From Oopsacas minuta (taxonomy: Eukaryota; Animalia; Porifera): 64,000 nucleotides of DNA. A program made the position numbers and the translations under genes. The stretch spans positions 372,001 to 436,000 of the forward strand of contig JAKMXF010000310.1 of the NCBI GenBank assembly GCA_024704765.1, written 5' to 3'. Below, piece after piece: positions 11,014-26,000 of the stretch (position 1 is the first letter of the stretch; every line of letters begins with the position of its first letter). A model generated the notes under the pieces. It was not told the origin of the DNA. It did not search any database and worked only from the letters and a program-made list of their open reading frames with translations.

Positions 11014-14000
11014 TTAGTTGTTAGACGGAAATGTATACATTAAAGCAAACGAGATCTCTTCAGCACTGGGACAAGCAATGATAAGCTTATCTGTTTCTGG
11101 AAAGTATAAATTGATGAGAGCTAGCAACTCCTGGAACTGATTGTGTACATTCAATCTAACTGGCCGGAATAGGATCTGTATAGTCTCAGTATAGATAAGA
11201 TATGTTTGCATTGATTCGAAGATAACTGGTACCTTGCTTTTCATGAGACTCATAGTATTCTCCATTTCCTTGTGTAGAGTCTGTGGATCTGCGAATGGTT
11301 GTTTCAATATAGAGGATAGTTGTATGGATTCATTTTGTTGAGAAAGTTGTTTGAAGTTCCTGAACTTATCTAGAAGTACAGCAAGAGGGTGTATCAGTAG
11401 AGACGTGAGATGGTTAATTAACTCCTCACAGCTTGTCTTTAGTACTATGTCGACATCTTTCTTAGAATTAAGTATTTTCTCTCTGAGCTCAGGGGCTCCT
11501 TCCAGTAAGAATTCTAACAGTGCGTTAGTTCTATCTAAGTTAAATATTTTATTCCTCTTTTTGTGAGAAAATAGTTCTTTAGCTTTTTCTTTAGTGCGGG
11601 TGAAATCTAAAATTGTTTCTTTGACAGAGAATTCTACTTCAAACGGAATCAGCTGTTCTCTGAGAATTAGCAAATGCTTTATTAGAAAGAGTGAAGAGTC
11701 AAGATTACCTAATTAAGTATATAATGTAATATATAGTAGATTTTGTGAAAAGAACACCATCGGGGATCAAATATTTACTTTTAACCGGTATAATGATATT
11801 AAAATAGATGCGAACCATTTTCCCAAACAAGTATAATTTCTTATCACAGATGATCTCATAATTGAAGTATCCTCAGCACCTGTATGTCAAATATGTTTGT
11901 ATGTAGAAACGTAGTGGTCACGCGGGTTAAATATCTAAGTTGATCAGTTTATGAGTTATTCGAAATGTAAAAATTGAATTGTTAGGCTAATGATATTCTC
12001 CAAACCCAATTACATAACACGTTGAAACATTATCTCTAGAATTATTTTTGTGTTTTGTGCACTTCAGAAAAATCTAGACTTTAGGTGCAAATCTCCACCC
12101 TAGGATGTATGATTGTATATTCATGACAATTCCTGCTTATTCGTGGACGTCCTGAATATATAAGATTTACCTGTATTAGTATAATCCCAAAGATGGATTC
12201 TCTTATATCTACGATATTTCAATTATCGTGCGTAAAAGTTTGTCATAATAATACAAGAACAAGACCTAATTAAAACTACCTTTCTTAACTGCTATGAGTT
12301 TAGCTGCACTCTGTAGCGACTTAATACACTCCACGATAGCTTCTTGAGAAATAGACTCAAATATAGATTTATCTACACAATGGTAAAGTTTTGATAGACA
12401 TAGTAGAGTCCTGCGTACAGTAGGGTACCACATAGCATGTTGATCAGCTGGAGAGGACGTGCTTTGGGACTTGCTACTTCCTAAATTAGAAAGTAAATAT
12501 GAGTGAATAGAGTTTGTTTTGGATAATATCATGCAAATGATGCGATTTACATCATAAATATAAGGCCATTGTTAATCAGAAACTTGTTTCAGCTCCACAT
12601 GTGATCCACCTGACCATGGATGCAGGCGGGCGGCTCATCATCGTTATCTCATTATTTTGTGACGTATCAGCGGGAAAATTGGTTCATCCATAAAAAATAT
12701 GAAAATGACTGAAGTCACATTTGATATGAGAATATGCTGGACGAAGAAAAAGTGATTTACATTGAACTATTAGCTAGTTAAATAATGACAATATTCGTGC
12801 GGTAGCCAAATTAGATGCGGGCGGTGGAGCTGAAACATGCTTCCAACTAACAGTGGCCTAAGATATAAACCTTTGGATCATATCTAACAAGATTCGTTTA
12901 AAAAGACAAAAGAAGAAGTTATCATTGAATAAAACAAACATACAAACAACAAGAGCACGAGGTTGTAAGAGTTGTAGAATTAAAGTTAATAATAATATAA
13001 GCATGTATATGAGGGAGCTAGTGAGACGTATGGGTAAATAAATTAAGAATACTGAATATTTTCTGATACAGCTAGATCAGCAAACTCCCTGAGCATGTTA
13101 ATCTCCAGCAGATGTACAGTGAGATTAGCTATGATAGATCCAGGACTAGATAATCTGAATACAGGTAGATCAGCTGATATGTTATTAAACTCTGTATTCA
13201 CAACCTGCATCAAGTCCAGATAGGCACACCCTAACTCTTCACAGTTCTGATCATCCCCTTGTGGATCTGTTACTAGAGTGAACTTAATGCTGGCAGTACT
13301 AGAAGCAGATCCGCTGCAGTCTAGTAGCATACCTTGTAGCATCTTTTTCTTATTCTCACTGTCTGGAGAAGATTGAAAGTCAAACATCTTTTTGAAATTA
13401 AACAAGACAGAGTCTCCAGGTTTTGGGATAGGAATAGAATTTGGAGTTTCCAATTCTTCAATGTCATAATTAAGAAATTCATAATCAATATAAATCAAAT
13501 TATTCCCGACTAATCCCTGGTTAATATCTGATACAGCAGTCAGTGAGTGCAGAAGTATAGTGAAGTAAGCGGATGGTTGGAACGTAGAAAGTGAATCTAT
13601 AGTCATGGAAACATTCATTGTAGATTTAAGTGTATTAAATTCCTTGTTTAATATATCCGGTTCAGTCGGAGGTGTAGCTGGTAATGAGATAGAAGCTATT
13701 GACTCTAAGGGAAGAGATAGAGAGTTGTCTGTCTCCATTTCAGCTATCAGACCATCTATCAATACGTCACTATGGTCAGATATTACAGGACTAGGGATAT
13801 TATCCTCAACACGAGTTTGTTTGGATACAACATCTATATTATTTGATTGAGTAGACATGGTGTCAAGTGCACTCACTACAGAGGTGTGTGAGTTTGTATT
13901 ATGAATACTATTAGCTGTTGATAGAGTAATAGTATGTCTCATTAACTCTTCTTCTATTTCTGAATCTATATCTCTGTCATATGGAACAGCTGATTCTACT

Positions 14001-17000
14001 GATTCTACTGATTGTACCAATTGTACTGAATCCCTCTCTGGGTCTGAGTCTGTCTGCACCTCTAGAGGAGGAGGTATATCCGCTGGTACCACTATTTCCC
14101 CAGAGGATACAGGGAGATAAGATTTAGTCCAGCTCAAATTCATATTAATAGTACCAACAGAACCTCCTGATGAGTTCATTAGGGGGTAAGCACCCTTCAT
14201 ACAGGAGGATGATACAAGAGATATGAGAGGTAGCTTAGCTAACCCCAGGTACTGCTTCAGATCAGGATCTGTATCATCAAACACATACACCTCTATATAC
14301 TCAATCTTAAGGTACTGGTCTAGATTACGATCCATAGTAACAGGAAACTTCCTGACGTCATTCCAGTGAGGATGACTAGAAGAGGGTATAATGTCTGTGT
14401 CATGATCAGGGTACTCATAGAACTTATACATAACGTAGGAAGATGGTATCATACCCTGTCTACGTGATACCAGATCCTCACAGGACAATACCTTGATGAC
14501 TAGTTCATTCACGAACTCAGTCTCAAAGGTCATTTTCTCTCCCGTATCCTCCCCAATAGCTAACATAGCACTAGTCCTATCCTGATATAGATGGAATGCT
14601 TCACGTACTGGTAGTCTAATCCTCAACCAGTACTCTAGAGTACCAAACTGTATGACGTCATGATAATCACCTGCTCCAGTAGCTACAGCTGTACAAGGTA
14701 TCTTACTACTTCCATGATCATGCAGTAAGGATTTCAGATCCAGATGTCCTTTGGCTACCAGCTCGTACTCCAGTCCTTGTGTCTGGTATATTTCAATGGG
14801 AACAGTCTGTTTCATTACGTAATCGAGAAAAAAGTCGTCTACTTTAATCACGAAGTTAGACCGGAAGTTGAAGATAGGCCGGAACCCTTTAGTTACAGTT
14901 GTCATTTCAGTTTCGTATTCAAAGAAATCGTAGGATAGGAACAGATGAGGTTCTGTCCTACCTAATCTCTCTAACACCTCTGAATGAAGAGACAGCTGTG
15001 TGAGATGTATTTCTAACAAGTTGTACCCTCTCTGTAACTCCACCTCCTCATCAGGTGTCCCTTCCTCCTCTGACTCCACCCCATCATCTAGTCTCAATCT
15101 ATACTTCTTAGTACCATAAGCTATATCTCGTAGTTTAGTTTCTAACTTGCGTATCTTCTGAGCTCTGAAATCTAACAGCTGTACATATTCACTAATTCTA
15201 TGTTCATACTCAGCTCTAACATCCTCTAGTCTAACACTCATGTTGTCTATCTTATCCCTCTCAGCTTTAGAAATCTTATGCTGTATTTCTAGGAGCTTAT
15301 GAGTCTTGTCTAACTCCAGCACAACTTCAGCTTGAGAAGATTTAGTTTCTAATAGCTCTGTCTTCAAATGCTCTATTTCTCCTGGATCTTGATCCTTCTT
15401 AGATCGGATGTGTGCTACAGCAGCTTCTATGTCTCTCCAGTCAGTGATGGACTGTTCTTTCAAGAAGGATAGACGTCCCTCCATCTCTTGATGTTCTTCT
15501 TTAATTTTGGAGTATACTGTCTGTAGCTCTGATAATTCATTCTGAAATTTTTCTCTCTCAATTCGTTCAGTCTGTAATTCTTCCATTGATTCAGACATCT
15601 TTAACAAATCAGCTCTGTAGTCTAGCTCTACTTTATCTAACTTGTTCTGTAACATGTTAATCTCCTCCTCGTGAGATTCATCTAATGCATTCTTCATAAG
15701 ATCTTCATTAGATTCTTTCAGCACTTTATTCTCAGCACTAACTTCTCCTATCCTATGTTGTAATTCAATCATATTTAAGTTCTTCATAGTAATACCTCTA
15801 ACCTTCTCCAATAACTCTGTAGAATGTTTCATCTCCTCCCTCAGCTTGTTATTACTGTATTCCAGCTCCCCTAATGTATTGCTGTGATTCCCTCTCATAC
15901 GCTCCAATGTATTCTGTAGAGAGCTATACTCTGCTTTCTGTGTATCAAGTTGATTAGTCTTCTCTAGCAGATCTCTCTTTAGTCTGAGTATATCTACATT
16001 CTCTTTACTAGTAACTATCTCGTATAATCCATGTGACTTGTTTAACTCTTCTTTCAAGCAGTAAATTCTCTGCTCATAGTTTCTACAAGCTTGCTCATGT
16101 TCTCTATCCTTTGTAGCCATTGTATTTTCAACAGATTTGATTTCAGTCTTTAGATAGAGCACATACTCCTCAAGTTTTTGGTTGTCCTGTCTGGCTTGCT
16201 CCAACAGACTGTGCCCGTAGCGGTGAGGTTGCTGTGAAGTATACTGAGCAGGTTCTGAGGAGCTTTTATCCATTCTTGAAGTATTATGAAGCTTTCTCTT
16301 GGAGGAGGCCTGAGTTTGAAGTTTGGAGAGTTGTAACTTATTTTCTAGTTTCTCATTCTTGATTTCTAACTCCGTAACTTTGCTTTGAAGATTCTCTATC
16401 ATATTATATAATTGAGGATTGCCTGCCTTGCCCTGAGCTGGATTCTCAGCTAATTTGCTTTGTAATGTTTTCAACTTGTTCATTTGAACAAATAAATGTT
16501 TACATTTATCTTCCTGAGCTAGAGATTCCTTCTTAACTAGTTCAAACTCTTGCAGTAATCTCAGATGTTTGTCTTCTAGGTCACTCCGTGAGAGTTTAGA
16601 GATCATCTGTGATTCTTTGTAAATGTTCCTCTTACGAACAGGGGCAGTAGCCATTATGCTAATTCAGTAGGACAACTTGATTAGATAAAAATTGTTCAAT
16701 TAATCATGGTTGGAAAGTAGTAAATTCTCGGATAATAGCGATCACAGAATAATCCCCCCAGAATATAGATTATTAAATTACTATTTTTGTCTGTTGGCAA
16801 GGAAATGATTTATGGAATGTTGTATTGAATTTGAATTTCTCAATTGTCAGATGTCACATAACTATTTATTTATTGTGTTTACCAAGAAAGTAAATAGAAT
16901 TGAATAAAACTTGACTAAATATATCAAATGTGCGAGAATCTGATTTTCACACTTTTGAATTGGTCATACGTGTATGTAAATTGAAACATTTAGTTGAAAT

Positions 17001-20000
17001 CTTAATATATACTTAGAGACCTGCTATTAACGGCTATGTATGAGTAATCAAGTAGGCTGAGTACATTTATTGTGTTTTATGAATGTATAGTAAACAAATA
17101 ATTTGAGGGAATCTTGGATATACATAGATAATCGCTCAGGACGGCTATAATAGGTAACAAAGTACGCTGAATCCGATTTTCGCTCTTTCTTGTTTCTCGT
17201 ATGGACATTTATTGTTGTTTTTATTATTGTAAAGTAAACAAATTACTAATTTGTATTAGAAACTTGGTTTCAACAGTTTCACCGGTGTAATCGAGACGCT
17301 GATTCCGAATTTCGATACTCATATGTAAAAACATTCGAGGCACGAATTGCAAAGTTACATACGAAAGTGTTCGCAAGCGAAGAGGCTCGTAGTTATTAAC
17401 TAATACCTACTGTCACTTAGGATAAATACAACCTAGTGACTAGTGTAACCACATGCACATGAGTATACTTATACAGTAATTACAGTAATTACAGTATTAC
17501 CTAGTATGGTAGTTTCCACCTGAGGAGGTCTTAAGTTAATAACCAGGGCTAGTATTCGAGTAATACTATATGTGAGATCTTGGTAGGTAAATTTAACGAA
17601 ATAAATAATGTTATGTAGGAAAATAATTGTTTGGGTAGCTAAGTGGAAAATATAAAATTACTATTACAAGTAATCTAGTTAATGACTAACCGATAGAAGA
17701 TACACTGGCTACTTCAGATAGAGGAGACGGTATCTCATTCAATCCTCTCTCTAGTCCAATTCCTATCTTCCTTGCTAGCACTAACTTGTCAGGATACGCA
17801 AGATCTCCTCCAATAGGTTTGTAAGCTAAATTATAGATAACATTAAACCACTTGGGTGTTCCGCCAGAACATAGAATTTTATTCAATTTACAGAGACGGC
17901 ATTTACCTTATGTAATCGGGTTTTGTATAGCTTAATTAGTATATGAATTGATAGAATAATGTTGAAAAGTTCATTATATTCGTAAAATACAGAGACAGAT
18001 TAAAATCAGATAATGTGCATTTCGATAGAAATTGGTTCGAGGAAATTTAAACAGATTCTTTATGTATAGTATAGTACTACTAATAAACAAGAATATTTCG
18101 CATTACTTATATGTACAAATCTAATATATCTTACCAGCAATATCTGAATGAATATACTTCTGAGCTCTGTAAATGAATCTCTGTTGTATGTCTTGTAATA
18201 ATAGCTTTGTCATACTAGCAAACTCTACCAACACACCTTCATGTAGCTTAACCTTATTCTCCAATATCTCGTTAGATATAATATCACACAGACTAGTGAG
18301 AGTCTCCAGATGTACCAGTCTGATGCAGATAGGCCGGACAAATTCATAGAAATAAGAACACAGAGAGCTGAGGATCTGACTGATAGCATGTCCTCCAGTT
18401 GAGAAGAAGTGAATGTAGAGTTGATACTCATCTAGACAGAGCTGACATACGTAGAGACAGCCAGATCGCACAAGAGATGAGATATCTCTACAACACTGCT
18501 TTTCAAGACTGTTGAGATACTCACTCACCATTGGCATAACTAGGTTAATACGTTGCTGGAAATAAGATAGATGACAATCAGAGAGTAGAGTACTGAACTC
18601 TTGGTTCTTAAGAGCACGCTGTTCCAACTCTTCCAATATTATCTTAACCTTACAACCGTAAGACTTGAACTTTCCATAGAAGATAGAAGGATGTGTTTCA
18701 ATAACGGAAGCTTTCTGAGCTTGTAATATACTCTCACTGACAGATTTAAATACACCCACGATATAGGACCTGATGAGACCAAGAGCCTTTGAGAGGGCGA
18801 GGTCGAATTTCGCAAGATGAACAGTTGCATCTTTGTAATCTTGATGCCGTTGCATGAAGTCAATACATTCATCAAGCCGTGCAAGCATTGGAACAAATGA
18901 ATCACTCGTTACAGATACAGAAGGGGAGTTCAGCTGACGATTCATCTCCTCCAATTCATCAAAGTACTGTAGACGTATTGATATATTCTCAGCACAGTTT
19001 AACAAATCAGTAGTCTCATTCATTAGAGAAGTACATGAGCTGTGTAGAGATTCTGTACGTTTCTTAACTTGCTCATAATTATCAAGAATATTAGATAGAT
19101 TGCTCTGTACTTCTGAAATCTGTGAAACTACATCATCACAAAATGAATGTACTTGAAATAATTCAGTCTTCAGCTTGAGAGAGGGTGCTTGAGTTTGTAA
19201 AGTTCTCATCTTGTCAACTTCATCACAGAACTCTAAGAACCTCTTTGAATTATTTATTCCTAGAAACACATATCAAACTAAATCTTTAGAAAAGAATATT
19301 TAGTATTTACTAATTAATAATGTGTATCCTCAAATATCTACCAGAATAGAGTAATCATAAAAATATTTAATAGTATAATTAAAGAATTTTGCTGAATGAT
19401 TGAAAATTGTAAAAGGCAATGAGTAGCAGGCCTCTTCTTGTGATATTTCATCTCACTACCAAATTAAAGCACTAACTGCTAGCTAAATAGGAATCTGAAG
19501 TACAACTGATTTCTTTAGTTTACGCCATTATTTGGTTCTGTAATCCATTTCAAATAGAGTTTCTACCTCTGTCTTCTCGGAATCATTTCATGGATTGTCT
19601 TGTTCAGGGTGGAGGTTAGTTTATCACCAGATTCAAGATAGGGCTTGGTAGCTTGTCAAACCATAAAATACATAATAATTTATTTCTGATTCTCAGAGAG
19701 TAGATCTACTTCAACAACATATCTTCCATAAATCAGTGTTTTTCTCCAGTATCTTGAGTAGCTTCTTGTGTGAGGGTTTAGACTGGCGAGGAAGAGGAAC
19801 AGGGCTAGTGGAGTCAGTAGATGAGTGGTGCTCTGTGAGGTCCGTAGATCTACTGGGGTGGGGAAGGGAATTGTAACTGATCAGGGCTCCTTTATTACGT
19901 TTACATTTATCTGTATAGTCAGTTTGAGAGGGATAACCAGAGGTTCTTTTCTGAGCTAGCTAGGTCCTCCATAGGTAGGAGCTTAGTAGTGCTAGGCTGA

Positions 20001-23000
20001 GATTGTCCCTTCTGATAGTACATAGAGGGTACGGGAGGTTTGATAGAAGCTCGGTAACCAAATGCGTGGGGCTTATCACTAGAGCTGGAGCTAGGAGAAA
20101 TGAATATATCTCCACTCTTTCCAGAACTGGAGAGTGTGTGGGGTGATTTTAAGTCTTCATCAAGTTTGTGGTAGATCCTTAAATTTGATTAGAATATCAT
20201 CTTTTATGGAAGAAGTGCTTAGCTTCTTCTTGAGTAAAAATGCACTCCTCCCGCGCTGTCTCCATAGCTCTCAGGACTGAGAGAGAGAAACAAGGCGTTT
20301 AGAACTGAGTAGTTCAGGTACGTGGGTTCAGGGGATAGCAAGAGTTTGCTATAAGATGGTGTACCTCTATAGAAGTCTTTATAACGTAGCTTCTTAACAA
20401 TTGATCCAGCGCCCTCTAGCAGTACTTGTTTCTCATCCGGAATTTCTTCGGAAACTGGTACAAAGGGCGGTATTTTATTTTTATAGGCCAGCTAATCTAT
20501 ATTATTAAATCTCAATTGTTGTCTGTCTGCTGTCTGTCTGTCTGTTTATTTGTTTGTTTGTTTGTTTGTCAGTTGTCAAGGAAAGGATTTATGATATGCA
20601 ATTTTGAAATTGTAGCACAACTATGAATTTATCGTGTTTACCAAAGGAAGTAAATATAATTCAATAAACTTCACTAAATATATCAAACATGCTGAATTCG
20701 ATTTTCACACTTTTGGATTAATCATATGTAAATTTATTGTTGTTTTTATGAATATAAAGTAAACAAATTTAAAAATTGAGATAGAATCATACTTTCAACG
20801 ACTGTACTGGGGTAATCGAGTATGCTGAGTCTGAATATTATAAACAACATCAATATTATTAAAGCTCAATTGTTGTTTGTCTGTTTATTTGTCCGTTAAA
20901 TACCTCGAGGCGCAATGCGCTGAGTTCATCGCAAAGCGACGAGCCAAAGGCTCGTATATAAATATTTTGAAACTTCGACTATCTTGCAACAATCTCTCTG
21001 GGCAGTAAAATATTGAATTTTTAAACTATACAAGTAGTAAAATGTGGATTTCACACTCTGTGACCAAAGAATTATTCATAAATTTGGAAAAAATACAAAT
21101 AAAATCTTTCCGGAGAGGGAACAAAATTTGGGAGGGCAGGGCTGAGAAACAAGTATATTACTTTACATGGAATAATCTCTAGCTTGCTTTGAAATTTACA
21201 CAGAGAGGTGTGAAATATCATTAATCATCAAAAAGGTGTGAAATATTCACTTTAGAAAATTCATCCCCGAGGTGCATATCTTCGCCACAAAATATATTTG
21301 TGTACCAATTTTATGTTAATCGGGCTGACGGCCGCGAGGACGGACGGATGTATCGACATCGCACATCGTCCATGGCATTAGGGCATCTCCCTATAGGAGC
21401 TGAACGAAAAACAGTCTTTGGAGGAAATGGCAATACTGACAATACTTATCGGCCTCCCTCACTTATAGAGGTTCTACTATAAATATTTTGAGACTTATTT
21501 AAGGTATATACGCGAAATCTACATAAATTGACATATATATATATATATATATATCACTGGATTCGATTAATCAAATACAAGTGCAGAAATTACTCCTCAG
21601 AAAGTAAGAGTAAATCATGTAGTGATAGGAAATACGTATACTTTTTATCATAATACCACTTTTCTAAACATCTATGTTATATCACATTTTGAATACTACA
21701 GTCCTACCACTTTGAATTCCATTGTTACAGTAATCAATTTTATAGAGCAACCATAAGCTTAGGTATGAATTCTACTCATCAGTAATACAAGACTATAGAA
21801 TTTAACTTTTCTAAAGCAACCACAGTGAAATCAATACAGATAATGCAAGAGTATACTACCTCAAGTATAAATATACCTTTCCTAGCCAAATTCATCGGGA
21901 TTCTATCTCCAACCAAACCACGACGCGATTAATTTGTAATACACCGATCCAGCAAGTATGTCAGCCTACCAGCACTACAGAAACACAACATTAGGTAACT
22001 GTTTGGAAGAAGCACTCGAAGAATTGATCCAATCGCAGAACATTTCGTCTGATTTGGGTATTCATGTGCTGATGCAATTTGACCGAGCTATGAACCACTT
22101 ACTCAAGGATAAAGTCCGCAACAAATTTGGTTTCAAAGGCTCTCTCTACGCATACAGATATTGTGACAACGTGTGGACCTATGTACTCAAGGATGCGGAG
22201 TTCAAACCAAGCACGAAAGACGGGAGTGACGGAGTAATTCAAGTTTCGAAAGTAAAGTTTGTCGCATGTGAAGCACTAATTCAGAAAAGTGCAGGAGAGA
22301 CTTAGAGAGAGAGAGCAGACAAGCAGTCTATCTAAGATGTACAAATTATTATTCATACAAATAATATACATTAAATATTTTACACATTTTGAACACTGGT
22401 CTGCATCTGTATTCTTTATAATACTATCATTTCTGATAACTAAATAGTAAATATGAATATGGACAATCTCATGATTGGGAATGATATTTTTGAGAGAAAT
22501 AATGAAATAGGGTTACGCAGTTATGGACAAATAAATTAGCAAACATACATAAAATGTATTACTCGTCATAATTGACACCTAATTTCTGGCACGGAACGGT
22601 ATCATTCCGGAAATTCTGAGGTATCTAATTTACGGAACTGTATTATTCCGTAAAATATAATGACATAATTGACGGAATAGGATGGCTACCCAAGGTGTTA
22701 GTTATTATAGGCAATATTATAATTATACCTTTCTATATAATAGCAACGAATTGAATATTTAAGCCATTCAGCTCTATTCCCTTCTTTATAAATATCCATC
22801 GATTGTGATATGTAAGACTTATTAAAAACTTGAGAATAGACGAACTCTACTGTAGTAAATAACTGGAATAGATTAGTTTGAAATAAATACAAACATTCTT
22901 ATTCATCAACAAGCTACTCAGTTGTATCAACAGGTTCTCCTCAATCTCAAAGCAAAGCTCCTGAAAACTCCCATATCCTCTCTTCTTATATCAATGTCCC

Positions 23001-26000
23001 AAACTGCGAACACACCGATCAGCTATCTCACAAATCGGAGAGGGAGGTACTAGAATATTCACACAAGAAAGTACATATTCTAACAGCTGGTAAGAAAGGG
23101 AAGTGTGAATGAACTTGAAGGTTAACATTATTATAGATTTCTTAATGAAGAAATCACCGAATATACATCGTGCATCGCTGCAATTAAGAATAATAGTAGA
23201 GTACATGTTATGTGATTTGAAGGAGAATTCTTTAAGTTAAGATATCCTGCAGATACAATATGCAATAGCTGTTAGCACATGCTATATCTTCATAACTGAC
23301 ATAAGACATTTCTGTCTGTTTAAACTTTATATGACCAATTCGAACTTGTGAATAGAACAGAGAAGACAGACTGTATAGAATAATAGGTAAGCATACATAA
23401 CGGTATGTCTTCATATACACACAAATGGAGTATTTGTAGCATACATAAACTGCTATAATAGAGTTTCCATTTTCTCAGCACTGCCATAAATCTAATCTAA
23501 CTTAGATGCTAAACAGCTACATAAACCCCTCAAGATATTAAACTGACTACAAATTGTGTAGTCTTAAATGTGTGCACATATTTAATAGAAATAGTTACTG
23601 TGTCTATCAGGGACTGGAATAAAATCGTTACATTCTATAGTCTATAAGAATTAAGGATTGCTTGCTAAATATAATGCCACAAGCTATCCGCTACTATCTC
23701 TGACAATTATGATGCAATCTTGAAATGACCATATATGGTATTATTGATGACTGAGCAATAATCCTTGGACACATCATATCTAAATGTATTACCAGGGTAT
23801 GGAAAGTCGGGTATAAACCATATGGTTGCAAGATGATTGTTGCGTGGTAGAATTACTACCCATGGCGGAATTACTACCTACTGTTTTATGACTTCTCTGA
23901 TTGAATAAGCAATCACACGAAACTTAGTTCTGATTACACCTTCATGTCTAGCTTTATACTTATACCTTATAAACTCAAATATAGAAGTATTTTCCTGATT
24001 GAATTATTCTTGCATGAATATGGGGCTGTTCGAATGTCACACTTAATATATTAATTGGATTTTAGGCAGATGGACGAATCTGCATATACTAGGTTGTCCA
24101 AAAAGTTCGCGGAATTTTATCCCTAGTTTGTGTTATATACACTCTATCAATTAGCCTATTGTTTCGATTAATTCTAATATCCCTTATCTCAATTATCCTA
24201 ACTTTTGTAATCAAAAAGTTTGGTTTAGGTATTCTTTTAGCATCATTTACGATTGTCGTATTTTTTTCTAAAATGGAAAACTCAGAAGATGGGAAACGAT
24301 ATATCATTTGGTTTCTCTGGAAACAAAATAAAAGTGGAAGCGAGATTCTCTACGAGATGGAAAAGGTTTATGGTAGTAAATGCCCTGGCAAATCGATGGT
24401 TTACAAATGGATTGACAGATTTAATGATGGGCATTCAACTGTTGATGATAACCCAAGACCTGGTCGTCCGAAAACATGTTCCAACCAAGAAAATATCAAA
24501 ATTATATCAAACATTCTTGATAAAGATAGACGTGTGACTCTGCGGCAGTTAGAGGAAGAATTGGGGATGTCAAAATCAATACTTGATAAGATTCCAACTG
24601 AACAATTGGGAATGTCGAGAGTTCTTTCTCGTTGGGTTCCCAAATTGTTATCTGAATCTCAAAGGATTGAAAGGGTTCGTGTTTGTCGCCAGTTCTTACG
24701 GATTTCTAAGAAGGAGCCAAAGTTCTTTGATCGTTTAGTCACAGGGGACGAGACTTGGTTACATTTTTATGAGCCTAAGACAAGTTTACAGACGAGTCAA
24801 TGGAAGCGTAGGCATGAAGCAACTCCTATTAGACCCAGAGCCGTCGCATCAGCAGGTAAACGGATGGCAACAGTTTTTTGGGACACAAAGGGAATAATCA
24901 TGATTGATTGGTTACCTAACAAAGTAACAATAAATACTGAATACTATGTTCAAGTTCTGAAGAAATTGCGCGAAGCTATCAAGTCTAAGAGGCGTGGCAA
25001 GTTGAGTTCTCTGTTTTTCTTCAGCATGATAATGCTCCAGCCCATTCCAGCAGGCGAACTTTGGATGAAATTCAACATTTAGGTTTCGAATTACTCCCAT
25101 ATCCCCCATACAGCCCAGATCTAGCGCCCAGCGACTACTGGCTTTTTTCAGAAATGAAAAGACCACTTAGAGGTAAACGTTTCAGCGATTTTGAGCACCT
25201 TAAGTTCGCTGTAAATTCATGGATTCAAGGTACCCCTGAAAGAATTCGTCACCACAGGAATAAATAAACTCCCATCAAAATGGAAGAAATGTATCGAGGT
25301 TAAGGGTGAATTTATTGAAAATTATGAACAATAATTAGTTGAGTATGATCATTGATAAATAAAATATATTTGCAATTCCGCGAACTTTTTGGACAACCTG
25401 GTATAGCTATTGTAGATTTCCATACTAAAGGTATATTCCCCAGCTATATGTCAACAGCTCTAAAGCGATCAGACAAAATTTCAAGAAGCGCGCTTCTGCG
25501 TTCCAACTAGACAAAGAATCTCGTCTGTATAAGGTTGTTCTAATTGCATATCATTCCTATTAATCAAATTTAACTCGTTACGAGCTCTATGCCTTGCGGA
25601 CACTTGTGTGGTATTCTACATGCTACCAAGTTAGCCCATTCACTTTGTAATTGTAAATGCCCGCACAACAATCGCTTCGCTGTTGTTGTGAATAGCTAGG
25701 TACTTCTTTTCATGGCGAGGAATGGACAAAGACATCCGTGATTATGTACGTTAGAATTATTAGATGTCATCGAACAGCCATATACAGACTACAAGATGCG
25801 AATTATCCAAATATTAAATACGTCCCCTTAAGGATATGAGAGTATATTGCATTTTTCATTAGCACTGCACTATATGAATATATAATTGTTTTTTCGACCA
25901 GATTTATCGACAAAATTTCCTTTCGACAAACTTTCTGCCAACGTTATTGGTCAGATCATTCACAATTATGATGGAGATAAATACTTTTATATAAGTTTAT

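Noticed and set aside
22900-23420. Coding-looking stretch considered as an extra COG3 exon
   Set aside because: Exon 1 joins exon 2 in phase with continuous COG3 similarity; no recognisable protein in any frame here.
24159-24272. Hydrophobic N-terminal extension on the mariner ORF (apparent membrane anchor)
   Set aside because: It starts at a TTG in the AT-rich 5' UTR; the transposase plausibly starts at ATG 24273.
25650-25760. [18 protein letters not shown], resembling a Gypsy integrase zinc-binding segment
   Set aside because: Only about 18 residues, with no flanking RT, integrase core or LTR.
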